Under the pieces are notes generated by a model, which saw only the letters and a program-made list of their open reading frames with translations, did not search any database and was not told the DNA's origin. This document shows positions 51,083-62,081 of a stretch of DNA of 64,000 nucleotides, in pieces. The DNA is from Raillietiella orientalis (Eukaryota), in the NCBI GenBank assembly GCA_036172245.1, contig JAYWIR010000060.1:558001-622000 (forward strand). The letters run 5' to 3'. Numbering within the stretch: position 1 is the first letter of the stretch; every line of letters starts with the position of its first letter. The translations under genes and the position numbers were made by a program.

Positions 51083-52977
51083 ATCTCCCGGGCTTGATCT
51101 GCGGAGATCACGTGGATCTCCTGCAGCAGCACCAGGTCGAAGGATGCCAGGGTGGCGGCCACTTCACGCCTCTTGCCGTCGTCGCTTAGCCCGTTCACGT
51201 CACAACAGGCGATCAGAAGACGACGGCGAGAGGCGATTCCCGGCATTATGGCTGGGAAAGTGGCGTCGCGGCACCTGCCGCGGGGCAGGTGTAGGACAGG
51301 TCCATCGGTACGAGGACATAGGCCTCTTCAGGCGCCTGGGGTACCTGTTCGGCCTCCATCCTCACCATCCCCTCCGTGTCCGAGCGTGGAATTCTCTCGG
51401 GCGACGGGTCCCGGGAGTTTCCCACGCTCATGGCACCCTCGCTACCGGAAGCCATCTCTTCCCCTTCGTCGGGGGAGACGATCTTCCGGGCATTGTGGAC
51501 TTTCGTCCTTCCTTTTTGCGGGGTGCCGCGGAGATGGATGCTGTGTTTCCGGCCTTCACCTCGGGGTCGGAAGTGGCCGACTCCTGAGGCGAAGCCGGAC
51601 GCCTGACGGCCTTCTTGCCAGCCTTGGGGGCAACCGGCTGCAACGAGGCAGCCAGCTCCTCCGCGGCGCGCTCAAAGGCGACGTCATCGAGCGTGGGCTC
51701 GATGACGCACGCCACCGCCTCGCTCCACTCCTTGTTGACTTTGTCAACGGAGGGTTGAGCAGGGGCAGCAGGGAGTTCTTTAGCGCCGCATTCGTCGATG
51801 GCGGGGGTCGTCCGCTTGCAACGACACGCTTGGCTTTTACGTTGTATCGCGGCGCAGAGCGGATTCGCTCCGTTTCGCCACGTTCTTTCCCTTCTTATGG
51901 GAGTTTTTCTTGGGGTCGACCTTCTGCCATTCTGGCTCTTGACCCTCGCCCTCGACCTTTCCGGCGTCTTTCGCCGAAGTCTCGGGGCTGGCCTTCGCCT
52001 TGGTGGCGGAGGTGACCTCCGTAGCAGCAGCACGAGCTGCCAGCTTCTTTCTCTTTTTTGCCGCGCGCTTTCTCGCGTTTTTCGCGGACACGACGCGGAC
52101 TGTGTTTTGTGGGCACACCAGACGGGTGTGCCCCGCTTGTTTGCATTGCTGGCACTGCACGCTCGGACACGTTATTTTGCGGTGACCAAAGCTGCTGCAG
52201 CAGCCGCAAAACTTGGGTTTCCCCACGTACCACACGTCAACGGATTCACCGTTGACGGTGAGTTTGTGGGGAAACTCACATCCCTCGCGAACCGTCACTC
52301 GAGCTGCTCCCAGGCCGCCAAGCACCCCGTCGTAATCGACAAAAGGAGTAGGCTTTCCTTACAGCGCGTGGACAGTTGCGAATTTTTCCAATTCGTTCCG
52401 GACGGCCTCCTTCGTCATCCGGAACGTGATACCGGTGAGGTGAATGATCTCCGACCGATCTTCAGTAATAGGAAGAAGCCTCCGGCTGCCCATAATTACG
52501 GGAGTTCGCAGAAGTCTTTGCGCAAGAGTTGCCTCCTTGCACATAACTTCCACAAATTGACCCCCGCTTCTGACGGACATAGCCAGAAGCTCCTCTTTCT
52601 GTACGCCAAGAACGCGCATCGCCTGTGAGAAGGCGCGCGCGTTCTCGGGAGAATATAGACCGCCAACCTTATATAGAAGGGGTGGGTTATACCCCTCCTC
52701 CAGGTAAGCGCGCATTTCCACCATAGCCGCTGGCGTAGGTGCCGCAGCCACGGCGTTCCAAGCCCTAGGTAGTGCCGGGGGCGCATCCGTGCTGGCGGGA
52801 GCCTCCACTGATGCGGGAGCCCCCACCTCCATCTCCTCTGGGGGCAATAAGGTCATCGCCCCCGGATCCTCACCGGTGGTGGTATCAGGCATTGCTACCT
52901 AATCCTCCACCCACACCACGCACAAGCACCAACGGAAATGAAACTCAAGAGCAACGAAAAGACACGTCCGCTCGACG
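51083..52977 (-). mobile_element. E9 (5' piece): 5' UTR, disrupted ORF1 (52892-51246) and ORF2 start
   Basis: MPDTTTGEDPG.. near-identical to E12 ORF1, with a stop at 52359; TAATG overlap at 51246; ORF2 cut at ISADQAREI. Confidence 0.93.
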
Positions 52978-53205
52978 CTCCGGAATCTCCATTGAAACCC
53001 GGGTGCGCCGGGACGTTTATTCTAACGAATAAACTTATACAATCTGTGACTGGACCAGTAGTCCAGCCACGCCCTGGAAAGATATAGCCTGCCGGGCTAC
53101 CAGTGCGCAGACCGGCGCGGTCGACCTCGGCAGCAGAGGGGAGGGGGAACGAAACAAAAAGAAAACAAAAAAATAAACAAAAATCAGGGAGGGAGCGGGA
53201 AAGGA

Positions 53206-56200
53206 TCACAGTCTGCTGGGAGGGCCCGTCATCCTCTGGAGGATGCCGGCAAGCTGTTTCTGCTTGTGTGGTTCCAGATGGGGCCATCGCGTCGCCATCC
53301 TGAGGAAACGGGCGGCATACACGTTGGCATCCCTGTCGCTGGATCCTCCCGTCGCTTTGCTCCATGCCACGACGATCCCGCGTAGGCAGCACAGGGCTGC
53401 AAGCGAGGCCACTGGAGGCAGGGCGTCACGGACGAAAAGGGGGCGCAAGGTGTCTCTGGGGTTGCCTTCGGGGATCCCCAGGGCTGCGGCAAAGCGTTTC
53501 CACAAGGGACGGAGGGCAACCCAATCCACTAACAGGTGGGGGAGGTATTCCCTCTCCCCGCACCTGACACAATTAGGGTTGACAGCCCCCCGCGTGCAGT
53601 GGTGTCGGCGGGCGTTGCAAGGAAGCCCCAAATTCAACACCAGCAGTGCCGACTGTTCCCACTTCATGGGGAGGGTGCGCGAGTCCATGAGCACCGGGGG
53701 CCACTCGAGATGTTCCTCTGGAAGATCCAGTAGCTCTTGCCAGCGCGACAGTCCATTTGGGGTGGTCCTCGGGGTAGCATCGTTGGTGAGCTGATCCGTT
53801 CTCCAATCCCCGATCTTCTTTGCCCTGCTGGCGATCTTGACAGTAACCTCCCATTGTGCCGTGACGTCGCTGCCCAGATGTCATCGTAGGGTAGGCAGTA
53901 CCGCAGCAAGGGAGTTTTTTTGTGCCAACGCTCTCCTTCGGGGATACTCGATTTCTCGGAGCGTGCGGTGGGCATGCGGCCCAAACAGAGCTGTTCGCTC
54001 GTGTTGCGGGCTCTGCTCCTGAATCATCGCCCACGTACGGACGGTTTCCTGCAACCAGGCAGGACCGTTCGCGAAGCGTACGAGAATCCGCGCCGAGTTG
54101 TTCTTCACGAGCTTGGCCGCCCTCCGAAGATGAAGTCAGCAGTGGCAGATGGGGCTTCGGAGTGCAAAGTAGGACGACAGTCCCGCATTGCCATTGGCCC
54201 GCTCGAAGAGAAGATGTGCAGGGAGGCACCAAGAGTGCACCAATTTTCTGCCATAAAGGCAACAACTCGGAACTGGAGCTGTAGCTCCAGCCGCTCCAAC
54301 GTCAGGAGGCCCAGACCACTATCCCGAAGAGGAGCGCACAAGTCCGAAAGACGGACTCGGGGCCGCCCTCTGTCCCAATGGGCCATCCTCAGGAGGTCCT
54401 TCGTCCTCTTCTTTGACTCCGCTAAGGGGGAACAAACAAAAAGCAAGGGGCGAAGGAGGGAGGCCGCAAACGCGTTTCACGCCGCGGCCCGTTTCTGCAG
54501 GTAGCACCTGCCGTCCTGGAACGGGCCGATCGCCGCCTGAGACTTCTGAAGGCAGCCCGACCACGCTTCCGCAGGGGAGTAGTCCCCCAACGGCACACCC
54601 AGTTACTTGAAGTACCTCACCGTGGGGATCCCCAAACGGACCCAATCCTGCTGCCCTGCCCACGCCGCTCCGACTGGCATTACGGACGACTTCGCCCTGT
54701 TCACCGTCAGTCCTGTTCCCCGACTCAGCAGGTCGAAGAACTCCTCGACCGCCGCAGCCGGGGTGGACATAGGCAGCAGCAGCAGAAGGTCGTCCGCGTA
54801 CGCCGAAACCGCAGGCGTACCGGGACAGTCGCACGGCAGGTGCGCCAGAGTCTCCCTGTACGCTCTCAGCACCAATTCGAAATAGGCGCTGGAGAGCAAG
54901 GGGCTGAGGCTGTCTCCCTGCCGTATGCCGCGTCGCACCGGTACGCCGTACACGGTGGATCCACTAAAAAAAACATTAATAAGCGCGTCGCGCCAGCTGG
55001 AGCGCAGGTAGGCCAGCATAGAGGCCGGGAAGCCCAAGCGTTCCAGAAGCTCCAAAAGGAGATTCTGGTCGACGCAATCGAATGCTTCATGCAAATCGAC
55101 TGCGACCGCGAGGGCTACTCTCCCCTCCCGAGCATCCCGTCCCCCACCGACGGACGCACCGGAATTACGGTTGCCTATTATGCTCCTTCCTTGTTGGAGC
55201 TCTAACCATGTGGAAGCGTGGAACAGGTTCGCCTCCATACTTCGCCCGGGAACAGCATATGTCTGTTCCGAGCTGATGAAGATGTTGGCGACCCGTCCCA
55301 GGCGCTCTGCCCACAGCTTGGCTAGCAACTTGGCGTCCGCATTCACTGTTGTGATGAGACGCCATTTGTTCATGCTCCTTAGGTCTCCTCCCTTCGGGAG
55401 GAGCCGCACCTTTGCTGAACGAAACGAGGTGGGAACGTCACCTGTTTCACGGATCAGCAAGGTGAGCTGATGTACCAGGGGAGTAAGCTCAGCCGCGAAA
55501 GTTTGGTAAAACTCCGCGGGCAGGCCGTCCTCCCCTGGAGCCTTCCGCCTCTTGAGCTTTCCGCTGGCCGAGAGGATCTCGTCCATCGTGAAAGGCTCGT
55601 CGAGGCTTCTTTTCTCCTCCTCCCCGATCGCTGGAGCACCTTCCGGAAGCAGAAGTCGTGAGACGTCTCGCTCCGGAGGCGCCCTGGCGTACAGGGAGGA
55701 GTAAAATTTTCTTACTATCCCGCGTTTCTGAGCGGGAACCGAGTGCTCCCGGCCCTGGTCGTCCAGCAAGCTGGCCGATCCGGATTGCCAGGCTTGCCTC
55801 TCGGCTCCCGCTCGGTACTCTGCTAACCTGCGCATGTCGGGGGTTCTCGCGTAACGTCGGGCCTGAAGATAGCACCTTTCGTTACGCGGCCCCTCCCCAA
55901 AACCCGCAGGTAGGCGATGCAGGGGGAACTGATCGCAGAACTCCTGGACCGACCGCTTGAAGCGGTCCCAGTCCTGAAGTGTCTGCATCCTGAAGCTTCG
56001 AATAAACGCGCGGAGGTGCTCCGCCGCGTCGGGAAACTTCAGCCAGTCCCCTGGCAGACGCCACGCTGACGAGGGGGGGCCCTTGTCGCGCAAACGCACT
56101 TCGAACATGATCCGACCATGGTCCGACAGCTCGGATGGTACCTTGCCGCGCCTGCCCACCCGAGAGCATAGGTGCTGATCAAGGTTACATGATCGATGCT

Positions 56201-56779
56201 GCTTACCATGGCCGTGTCCCCGGCCAACAAGTTGCACGTCATTTCATTTCTGCGCACAACTCGTTGACGCGGTCGTTCGGTGTAACCGGCGCGCCCCTGA
56301 AAGCGGAGGCGCAGGTTGAAATCTTGCGGTCAACTGCGTGCCATTGCATCGGTCAGCCAATCGCGTCTCCGGACAAGGTAGAACTCCCTTCTTGCCTTCG
56401 CCCTCAACGCGGCGTTTCCGCTAGGAGCGTATAGGTTGGTGACGACCAGGTCGATAGAGTCGGACCAGCTGAGAGTCAGCTGACCGACGCGACCTCAGTC
56501 ATCGCACCGAACGTCCTTTATTGCGGTCTCTATGGCTGGCCTAAGCAGGAAGGCGACACCGCTTGATTTCGCGGTGCCGCAACGCCACAACAGCCGTCCA
56601 CCGGAGATCCGTTCGATATCCCGGACTTCATCTGCGGAGATCACGTGGATCCCCTGCAGCAGCACCAGGTAGAAGGATGCCAGAGTGGCGGCCACGTCAC
56701 GCATCTTGCCGTCGTCGCTTAGCCCGTTCACGTTCCAACAGGCGATCAGAAGACGACGGCGAGAGGCGATTCCCGGCAT
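53206..56779 (-). pseudogene. E12 ORF2 (APE + RT + zinc finger), disrupted
   Basis: ORFs 56495..56779, 54603..56237 (QGDSLSP, YADD), 54105..54446 and 53206..53694 (CVRCGEREYLPHLL). Confidence 0.92.
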
Positions 56780-58437
56780 TATGGCTGGGAAAGTGGCGTC
56801 GCGGCACCTGCCGCGGGGCAGGTGTAGGAAAGGTCCATCGGTACGAGGACCATCGGAACGAGGACGGAGGCCTCTTCAGGCGCCTGGGGTACCTGTTCGG
56901 CCTCCATCCTCACCATCCCCTCCGTGTCCGAGCGTGGAATTCTCTCGGGCGACGGGTCCCGGGAGTTTCTCACGCTCATGGCACCCTCGCTACCGGAAGC
57001 CATCTCTTCCCCTTCGTCGGGGGAGACGATCTTCCGGGGCATTGTGGACTTTCGTCCTGCCTTTTTGCGGGGTGCCGCGGAGATGGATGCTGTTTTTCCG
57101 GCCTTCACCTCGGGGTCGGAAGTGGCCGACTCCTGAGGGGAAGCCGGACGCCTGACGGCCTTCTTGCCAGCCTTGGGGGCAACCGGCTGCAGCGAGGCAG
57201 CCAGCTCCTCCGCGGCGCGCTCGAAGGCGACGTCATCGAGCGTGGGCTCGATGACGGACGCCGCCGCCTCGCTCCCCTCCTTGTTGACTTTGTCAACGGA
57301 GGGCTGAGCAGGGGCAGCAGCGAGTTCTTTAGCGCCGCATCCGTCGATGGCGGGAATCCGCTCTACAACGACGCAGCAGCTTTTAATTTTTTCGCGGCGC
57401 AGAGCGGTTTCGCTCCGTTTCGCCACGTTCTTTCCCTTCTTATGGGAGTTTTTCTTGGGGTCGACCTTGTGCCACCCTGGCTCTTGAACCTCGCCCTCGA
57501 CCTTTTCGGCGTTTTTCGCCGAAGTCTCGGGGCTGGCCTTCGCCTTGGTGACGGAGGTGACTCCCTTAGCAGCAGCACGAGCTGCCAGCTTCTTCCTTTT
57601 TTTAGCCGCGCGCTTTCTCGCGTTTTTCGCGGACACGACGCGGACTGTGTTTTGTGGGCACACCAGACGGGTGTGCCCCGCTTGTTTGCATTGCTGGCAC
57701 TGCACGCTCGGACACCTCATTTTAAGGTGACCAAAGCTGCTGCAGCAGCCGCAAAACTTGGGTTTCCCCACGTACCACACGTCAACGGATTCACCGTTGA
57801 CGGTGAGTTTGTGGGGAATCTCACATCCCTCGCGAACCGTCACTCGCGCTGCACCCAGGCCGCCAAGCAACCCGTCGTAATCGACAAAAGGAGTAGGCTT
57901 GCCCCACAGCGCGTGGACAGTTGCGAATTTTCCAAATTCGTTCCGGACGGCCTCCTTCGTCATCCGGAACGTGATACCGGTCAGGTGAATGTTCACCGAC
58001 CGGTCTTCTGTTATTGGGAGAAGCCTCCGGCTGCCCATACTTACGGGGGTTCGCCGAAGTCTCTGCGCAAGAGTTGCCTCCTTGCAGATAACTTCCACAA
58101 ATTGACCCCCGCTTCTGACGGACATAGCCAGAAGCTCCTCTTTTTGTACACCGAGAGCGCGCATCGCCTGCGAAAAGGCGCGCGCGTTCTCGGGAGAATA
58201 TAAACCGCCTACCTTATATAGAAGGGGTGGGTTATACCCCTCCTCCAGGTAAGCGCGCATTTCCGCCATAGCCGCTGGCGTAGGTGCCGCAGCCACGGCG
58301 TTCCAAGCCCTGGGTAGGGCCGGGGGCGCATCCGTGCTGGCGGGAGCCTCCACTGATGCGGGAGCCCCCACCTCCATCTCCTCCGGGGGCAATGAGGTCA
58401 TCACTCCCGGATCCTCACCGGTGGTGGTATCAGGCAT
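56779..58437 (-). CDS. E12 ORF1: intact gag-like protein (552 aa)
   Basis: Open frame with RRM-like region and knuckles CGCCSSFGHLKMRC, CQQCKQAGHTRLVC; its TAA overlaps the ORF2 ATG. Confidence 0.95.
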   Translation of the reverse strand: MPDTTTGEDPGVMTSLPPEEMEVGAPASVEAPASTDAPPALPRAWNAVAAAPTPAAMAEMRAYLEEGYNPPLLYKVGGLYSPENARAFSQAMRALGVQKEELLAMSVRSGGQFVEVICKEATLAQRLRRTPVSMGSRRLLPITEDRSVNIHLTGITFRMTKEAVRNEFGKFATVHALWGKPTPFVDYDGLLGGLGAARVTVREGCEIPHKLTVNGESVDVWYVGKPKFCGCCSSFGHLKMRCPSVQCQQCKQAGHTRLVCPQNTVRVVSAKNARKRAAKKRKKLAARAAAKGVTSVTKAKASPETSAKNAEKVEGEVQEPGWHKVDPKKNSHKKGKNVAKRSETALRREKIKSCCVVVERIPAIDGCGAKELAAAPAQPSVDKVNKEGSEAAASVIEPTLDDVAFERAAEELAASLQPVAPKAGKKAVRRPASPQESATSDPEVKAGKTASISAAPRKKAGRKSTMPRKIVSPDEGEEMASGSEGAMSVRNSRDPSPERIPRSDTEGMVRMEAEQVPQAPEEASVLVPMVLVPMDLSYTCPAAGAATPLSQP

Positions 58438-58522
58438 TGCTGCCTAATCCTCCACCCACACCACGCACAAGCACCAACGGAAATGGAACTCAGGAGCAAC
58501 GAAAAGACACGTTCGCTCGACG

Positions 58523-61500
58523 CTCCGGAATCTCCAAGACTGGGACCTTTTTAAGGAATCGGTCTGGGAGTTCTGCGAGCAGTTCCCCCTGGACCGCCTG
58601 CCCGCCGGATTCGGCGAGGGTCCTCGCAACCATCGGGCCTATTTACAGGCCCGTAGGTACGAGCGAACCTCTAATGTCCGTCGCCTCGCCGAGTACCGAG
58701 CCGGGGCCGAACTCCAAGCCTGGCAATCCGGGTCGGCCAGCTTGCTGGCCGACCAGGGCCGGGAATGTTCGTCCCCGGCGTCGGTACGGCATCTCGTGCG
58801 GAGTTTTTATTCCTCCCTTTACGCCAGGGAGCCCCCGGATCAAAACGCCTCTAAGCGCTTGCTTCCGGATGGCGCCCCGGCAATAGGGGTGGAGGAGATG
58901 GAAAGCCTCGACGAGCCTTTCACCACCGGCGAAATTCTCGTCGGTATCAAAAGGCTGAAGAGGCGTAAAGCTCCAGGGGAAGACGGCTTGCCCGCGGAGT
59001 TGTTTCAGAGCTTCGCGGAAGAGCTGGCACCCCTGCTGCTTAAGTTGATCAGGCTGATCTGAGAGTAAGGCGATGTTCTCGCCTCGTTTCGTTCAGCGAG
59101 AGTGAGGCTCCTTCCGAGAGGGGGAGACCTCAGGGATTTAAAGAACTGGCGTCCGATCACGATCCTGAATACGGACGTTAAGTTGATAGCAGGGCTATGC
59201 ACTTCGCCTCTGGGGCAGGTGGCAGAACCCGTAATTAGCCCGGAGCAGACTTATGCTGTTCCCGGGCGAAGTATGGATGCCAACCTATTGTTCGCAAGCA
59301 CATGGGTGCACCTGCAGAGAAGAGAAAAGAAAGGGATAGGGAAAGTCGGCAACCCCACATTGGGGCAACCAGCCGGGCTGGGAAAGGAACCCCGGGCGGG
59401 GAAGGGGGCCCTAGCGCTCGCAGTCGACCTCCACAAGGCGTTCGACTGTGTAGACCAGGAACTCCTCTTGGAGCTCCTGGGTCGCTTGGGCTTCCCACCG
59501 TCCCTGATTTCCTACCTGTGCTCTTGCTGGCGGAAAGCGATGATTACCGTCTCTTTCAGCAGTCAAAAGGTGTATGGCGTGCCGGTGCGGCGGGGCATAA
59601 GGCAGGGAGATAGCCTCAGCCCGTTGCTCTTCAGCACCTACTTTGAGTTGGTGCTAAGAGCGTACAGGGTGACTTTGGCCCCATTGCCGAGCTCGTGCCC
59701 CGGCACGCCCGCCGTAGCAGCGTACGCCGAGGATCTGCTTTTGTTGCCAATGTCAACCCCGGCGAAGGCGGTCGGAGACTTCTTCGATCTGCTCAGCCGC
59801 GGAACCGGACTGCAGTTTAACAGGGCGAAGTCGTCGGTTGTGCCAATAGGTGCGGAGTGGGCAGAACAGCAGGACTGGGTCCGTCCGGGGATCCCCACGG
59901 CGAGTTGCTTCAAGTACCTTGGTGTGCCGTTGGGGGACTACTCCCCTGCGGAAGCGTGGTCCAGCTGCCTCCAAAAAGTCGAGACGGCAATCGGCCCGTT
60001 CCTGGAAGGCAAGTATCACCTGCCGGAACGGGCCGCGGTTTGGAACGCCTTCGCGGCCCCCATCCTCCGCCCCTTGCTTTTTGTTTGCCCCCCCACCGTG
60101 GAATCCAAGAAGAGGACGAAGGACCTCCTCCGTATCGCCCTTTGGGGCAAGGGGAGGCCCCGAGTCTCACTGAAGGACTTGTGCGCTCCGCGTCGGGACG
60201 ACGGTCTTGGCCTCCTGACGCTGGAGCGCGTGGAGAAGCAGCTGCGGTGGCGAACCCTCGCCATCGCAGCGAAGTTGTGGAGCACCCCTTGGTGCACTCC
60301 GGCCCGCCTTCTGGCCAGCCGTGTGTCACGGTGCGATGGACTCGCGTCTTTTCTTCTGAGCCGTGGCCGGAAGATGCGAAGATGCGGCCTACTGCTCGGG
60401 CGCATGGCAACATTGGCCAAGGAGAACAGCTGGATGGTTTGCTGCCCCGCCAACTCCCCCGCCTGGCTGCAGGAGAATATTGGAACGTGGGCAGTAGTTA
60501 ACCGGAAAAGCCACGAGACGTGGAATCGTCTCCGATGCAGCCCCTACGCCCGCTGCACGCTGCGGAATCTCCTGGAGAGTCCAGCAAGATGCACGTGGGC
60601 AGAGACGACCTGCCTAGCTACGGCGCTGCCTTTCCTAAGGAGGGCACTTCACAGCACCCGGACGCCAAGGTGGCAAGTCTCCTGTTGCATCGAGGGACGC
60701 GAGAAGTTGGTCAGCGGCTGGACAACAGGAGAACTGGCCGACGCCACGACCCTGAGCGTCCAGCCGCGAGGATTATAAAGAAGGGGCGAGCTGCTCGCCA
60801 TCCCCATGGATGAGCTGAAGTGGCCCCCGATGATGAAAGAATTTAGGATCCTGCCCCTAAAGTGGCAAGAGTCGGCGTTGCTTTTGTTGCACTGGGGTCT
60901 ACCCTGCAACGCGCGCCGCTTCCACTGGACGAGGGGAGCTGTGGATCCTGCGTGTGCCAGGTGCGGGGAGCGGGAGTCGCTTCCCCACCTTATTGTGGAT
61001 TGTGCTGCCCTCCGACTCCTTTGGGAACGGTTCGGGACGACCCTCGGGCTCCCTACAGGCAGCACCCCCAGAGTCGTTCTTCAACCCCTCTTCGTGAAGG
61101 ACGCACTGCAACCAGCCGCAGCCATCGCAGCCTTGTGCTGCGTCCGTGGCATCGTGGCGGCATGGAGCGACGCCAACAACGAAGGAGTGGGTCCAAAGGT
61201 GAGGGATGTCATCCCATACGCCCAACGCTTCATGCGGAGAGCTGCCGGATGGCCGCAACTGTGGTATATCCGGACGAACCTCGAGGGCTTCCTTCAACGG
61301 ATGGGCCCTCCTCACAGCGTTTTGTGATCCCTTCTCTGCCCTCCAACTTCTTTTTGTCTGTTAATTTTTTATTTTTCTTTTTGTTTTATCCCCATCCCCC
61401 TTCGCTGCTGAGGAACGCTACGCTGGGCTGCGTCCCGCCGTCCTGGCAGGTACAGTGTATATGGCCGTGAGCAGGGCCTTGTACCGCGGATCTAGAGTTT

Positions 61501-61534
61501 TACCAATAGACGCCCCGGGCGTACCCGGGTGTAA
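58523..61534 (+). mobile_element. E13: Tx1-like ORF2 from linker to end + 3' UTR (host of E9/E12)
   Basis: Starts LRNLQDWDLFK; PGEDGLP, NWRPITILN, QGDSLSP, YAED, CARCGERESLPHL; ORF2 ends 61327; terminus AATAGACGCCCCGGGCGTACCCGGGTG. Confidence 0.93.
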
Positions 61535-62081
61535 GCCTCCAAGGCTGGCAAGAAGGCCGAAAGGCGTCTGGCCTTTCCTCAGGAATCCCGCACTTCCGAC
61601 CCCGAGGTGGAGGCCAGAAGCGCAGCTTCCGTTTCCATGGCACCCTGCAAGAAGACTGGACGTAAGTCCACAAAGAAGAGGAGGCTCGTCTCCCCCGTCG
61701 AGGGGTAAGAAATGGATTCCGCAAGCGAGGGTGCCATGAGCGTGGGAAACTAGCGGGACCCGTCGTCCGAGAGACTCCCACGCGCGGACACGGAGGGGAT
61801 GGATGGGGTGGAGGCCAAACAGGTGCCTCAGGTGCCTGAGAAGGCCAAAACCCCCATGGACATCCCTCCCGCCTCGCAAGAGGCGGGCTCCTCCTCACCG
61901 TAATCTTCCCAGCAGTAATGCCGGGACTCTCCTTCCGCCGTCGTCTGCGTATCGCCGTTTGGAACGTGAACGGCATGACAGATGCCGGCCGGAGACGAGA
62001 CATGGCCGCCCTTCTGGGGTCCTACGACCTTGCGCTGCTGCAGGAGATCCACTTTATCTGTGCAGAACAAGCGCAAGAGAT
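61535..62081 (+). mobile_element. E14: fragment spanning ORF1 C-terminus and ORF2 start, cut by E15
   Basis: KAGKKAERR..TSDPEV homologous to the E12 ORF1 tail; TAATG at 61916-61920; MPGLSFRRRLRIAVWNVNG..LQEIH. Confidence 0.9.

Larger units (their letters stand above)
52992..58522 (-). mobile_element. E12: full-length Tx1-like element, head-to-tail with E9
   Basis: 5' UTR, intact ORF1, frameshifted ORF2, family 3' terminus 52992-53021; bounded by CTCCGGAATCTCCA at 52978-52991 and 58523-58536. Confidence 0.95.

Noticed and set aside
56563..58203. 546-aa plus-strand ORF (and similar at 51152-52628, 44818-45564)
   Set aside because: Antisense shadows of retrotransposon ORF1; not maintained as one frame between the twins E9 and E12.
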